64,000 nucleotides of DNA. Origin: Takakia lepidozioides. Lineage: Eukaryota; Plantae; Bryophyta. Within the stretch, counting starts at the first letter, position 1, and each line of letters begins with the position of its first letter. The position numbers and the translations under genes were made by a program. The notes under the pieces were generated by a model. It saw only the letters and a program-made list of their open reading frames with translations, was not told the origin of the DNA and did not search any database. Below are positions 63,921 to 64,000 of this stretch, one piece after another. The stretch lies in the NCBI GenBank assembly GCA_030704615.1, contig CM060732.1:4712001-4776000 (forward strand). Reading direction: 5' to 3'.

Positions 63921-64000
63921 TATAGCTTTTGATGGCCCTGAACTGATATTAATTACCCCTAATTATGGTTAATTACGGTGTGAAGCCCTAACCCCTATCC

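Noticed and set aside
63984-63997. Telomere-like CCCTAACCCTA
   Set aside because: Fewer than two full units; at most a telo-box

Overview
Eukaryotic, TE-dense land-plant DNA (PLS/E-class PPR relic, spliceosomal introns; a non-flowering plant is my inference). Only one intact host gene is present: an 8-exon Sec14/CRAL-TRIO gene (29667-33156). The rest is a nest of degenerate cargo-carrying transposons, two of whose insertion sites can be reconstructed from the sequence. (1) A 15.8-kb hAT element (4362-20154; 8-bp TSD CCTCGGGC, 11-bp imperfect TIR) carries an intronless protein kinase, a RING-H2 gene and three palindromic arrays, and splits a MULE-like transposase in frame. (2) A ~20.3-kb MULE-like element (40663-60968/70; CTATGC duplication, imperfect GTGAGC-rich TIRs) encodes a GCM/WRKY-like ZF-DDE-SWIM transposase head-to-head with a multi-exon gene ending in a beta-class N4/N6-type DNA-methyltransferase-like domain. 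A second family member (20155-26497) shows that this partner gene has a ParB/Srx-like N-terminal domain. (3) Nested inside element 2 is a Ty3/Gypsy retrotransposon whose pol carries a Dnmt3-like C5 cytosine methyltransferase between protease and RT, plus a C-terminal PHD finger. Also present: two LINE 3' ends with covarying hairpins, a CACTA right end, an Ogre-like extra ORF plus gag, and several palindromic satellites. All protein calls come from motifs recognised by eye; no database search was run.
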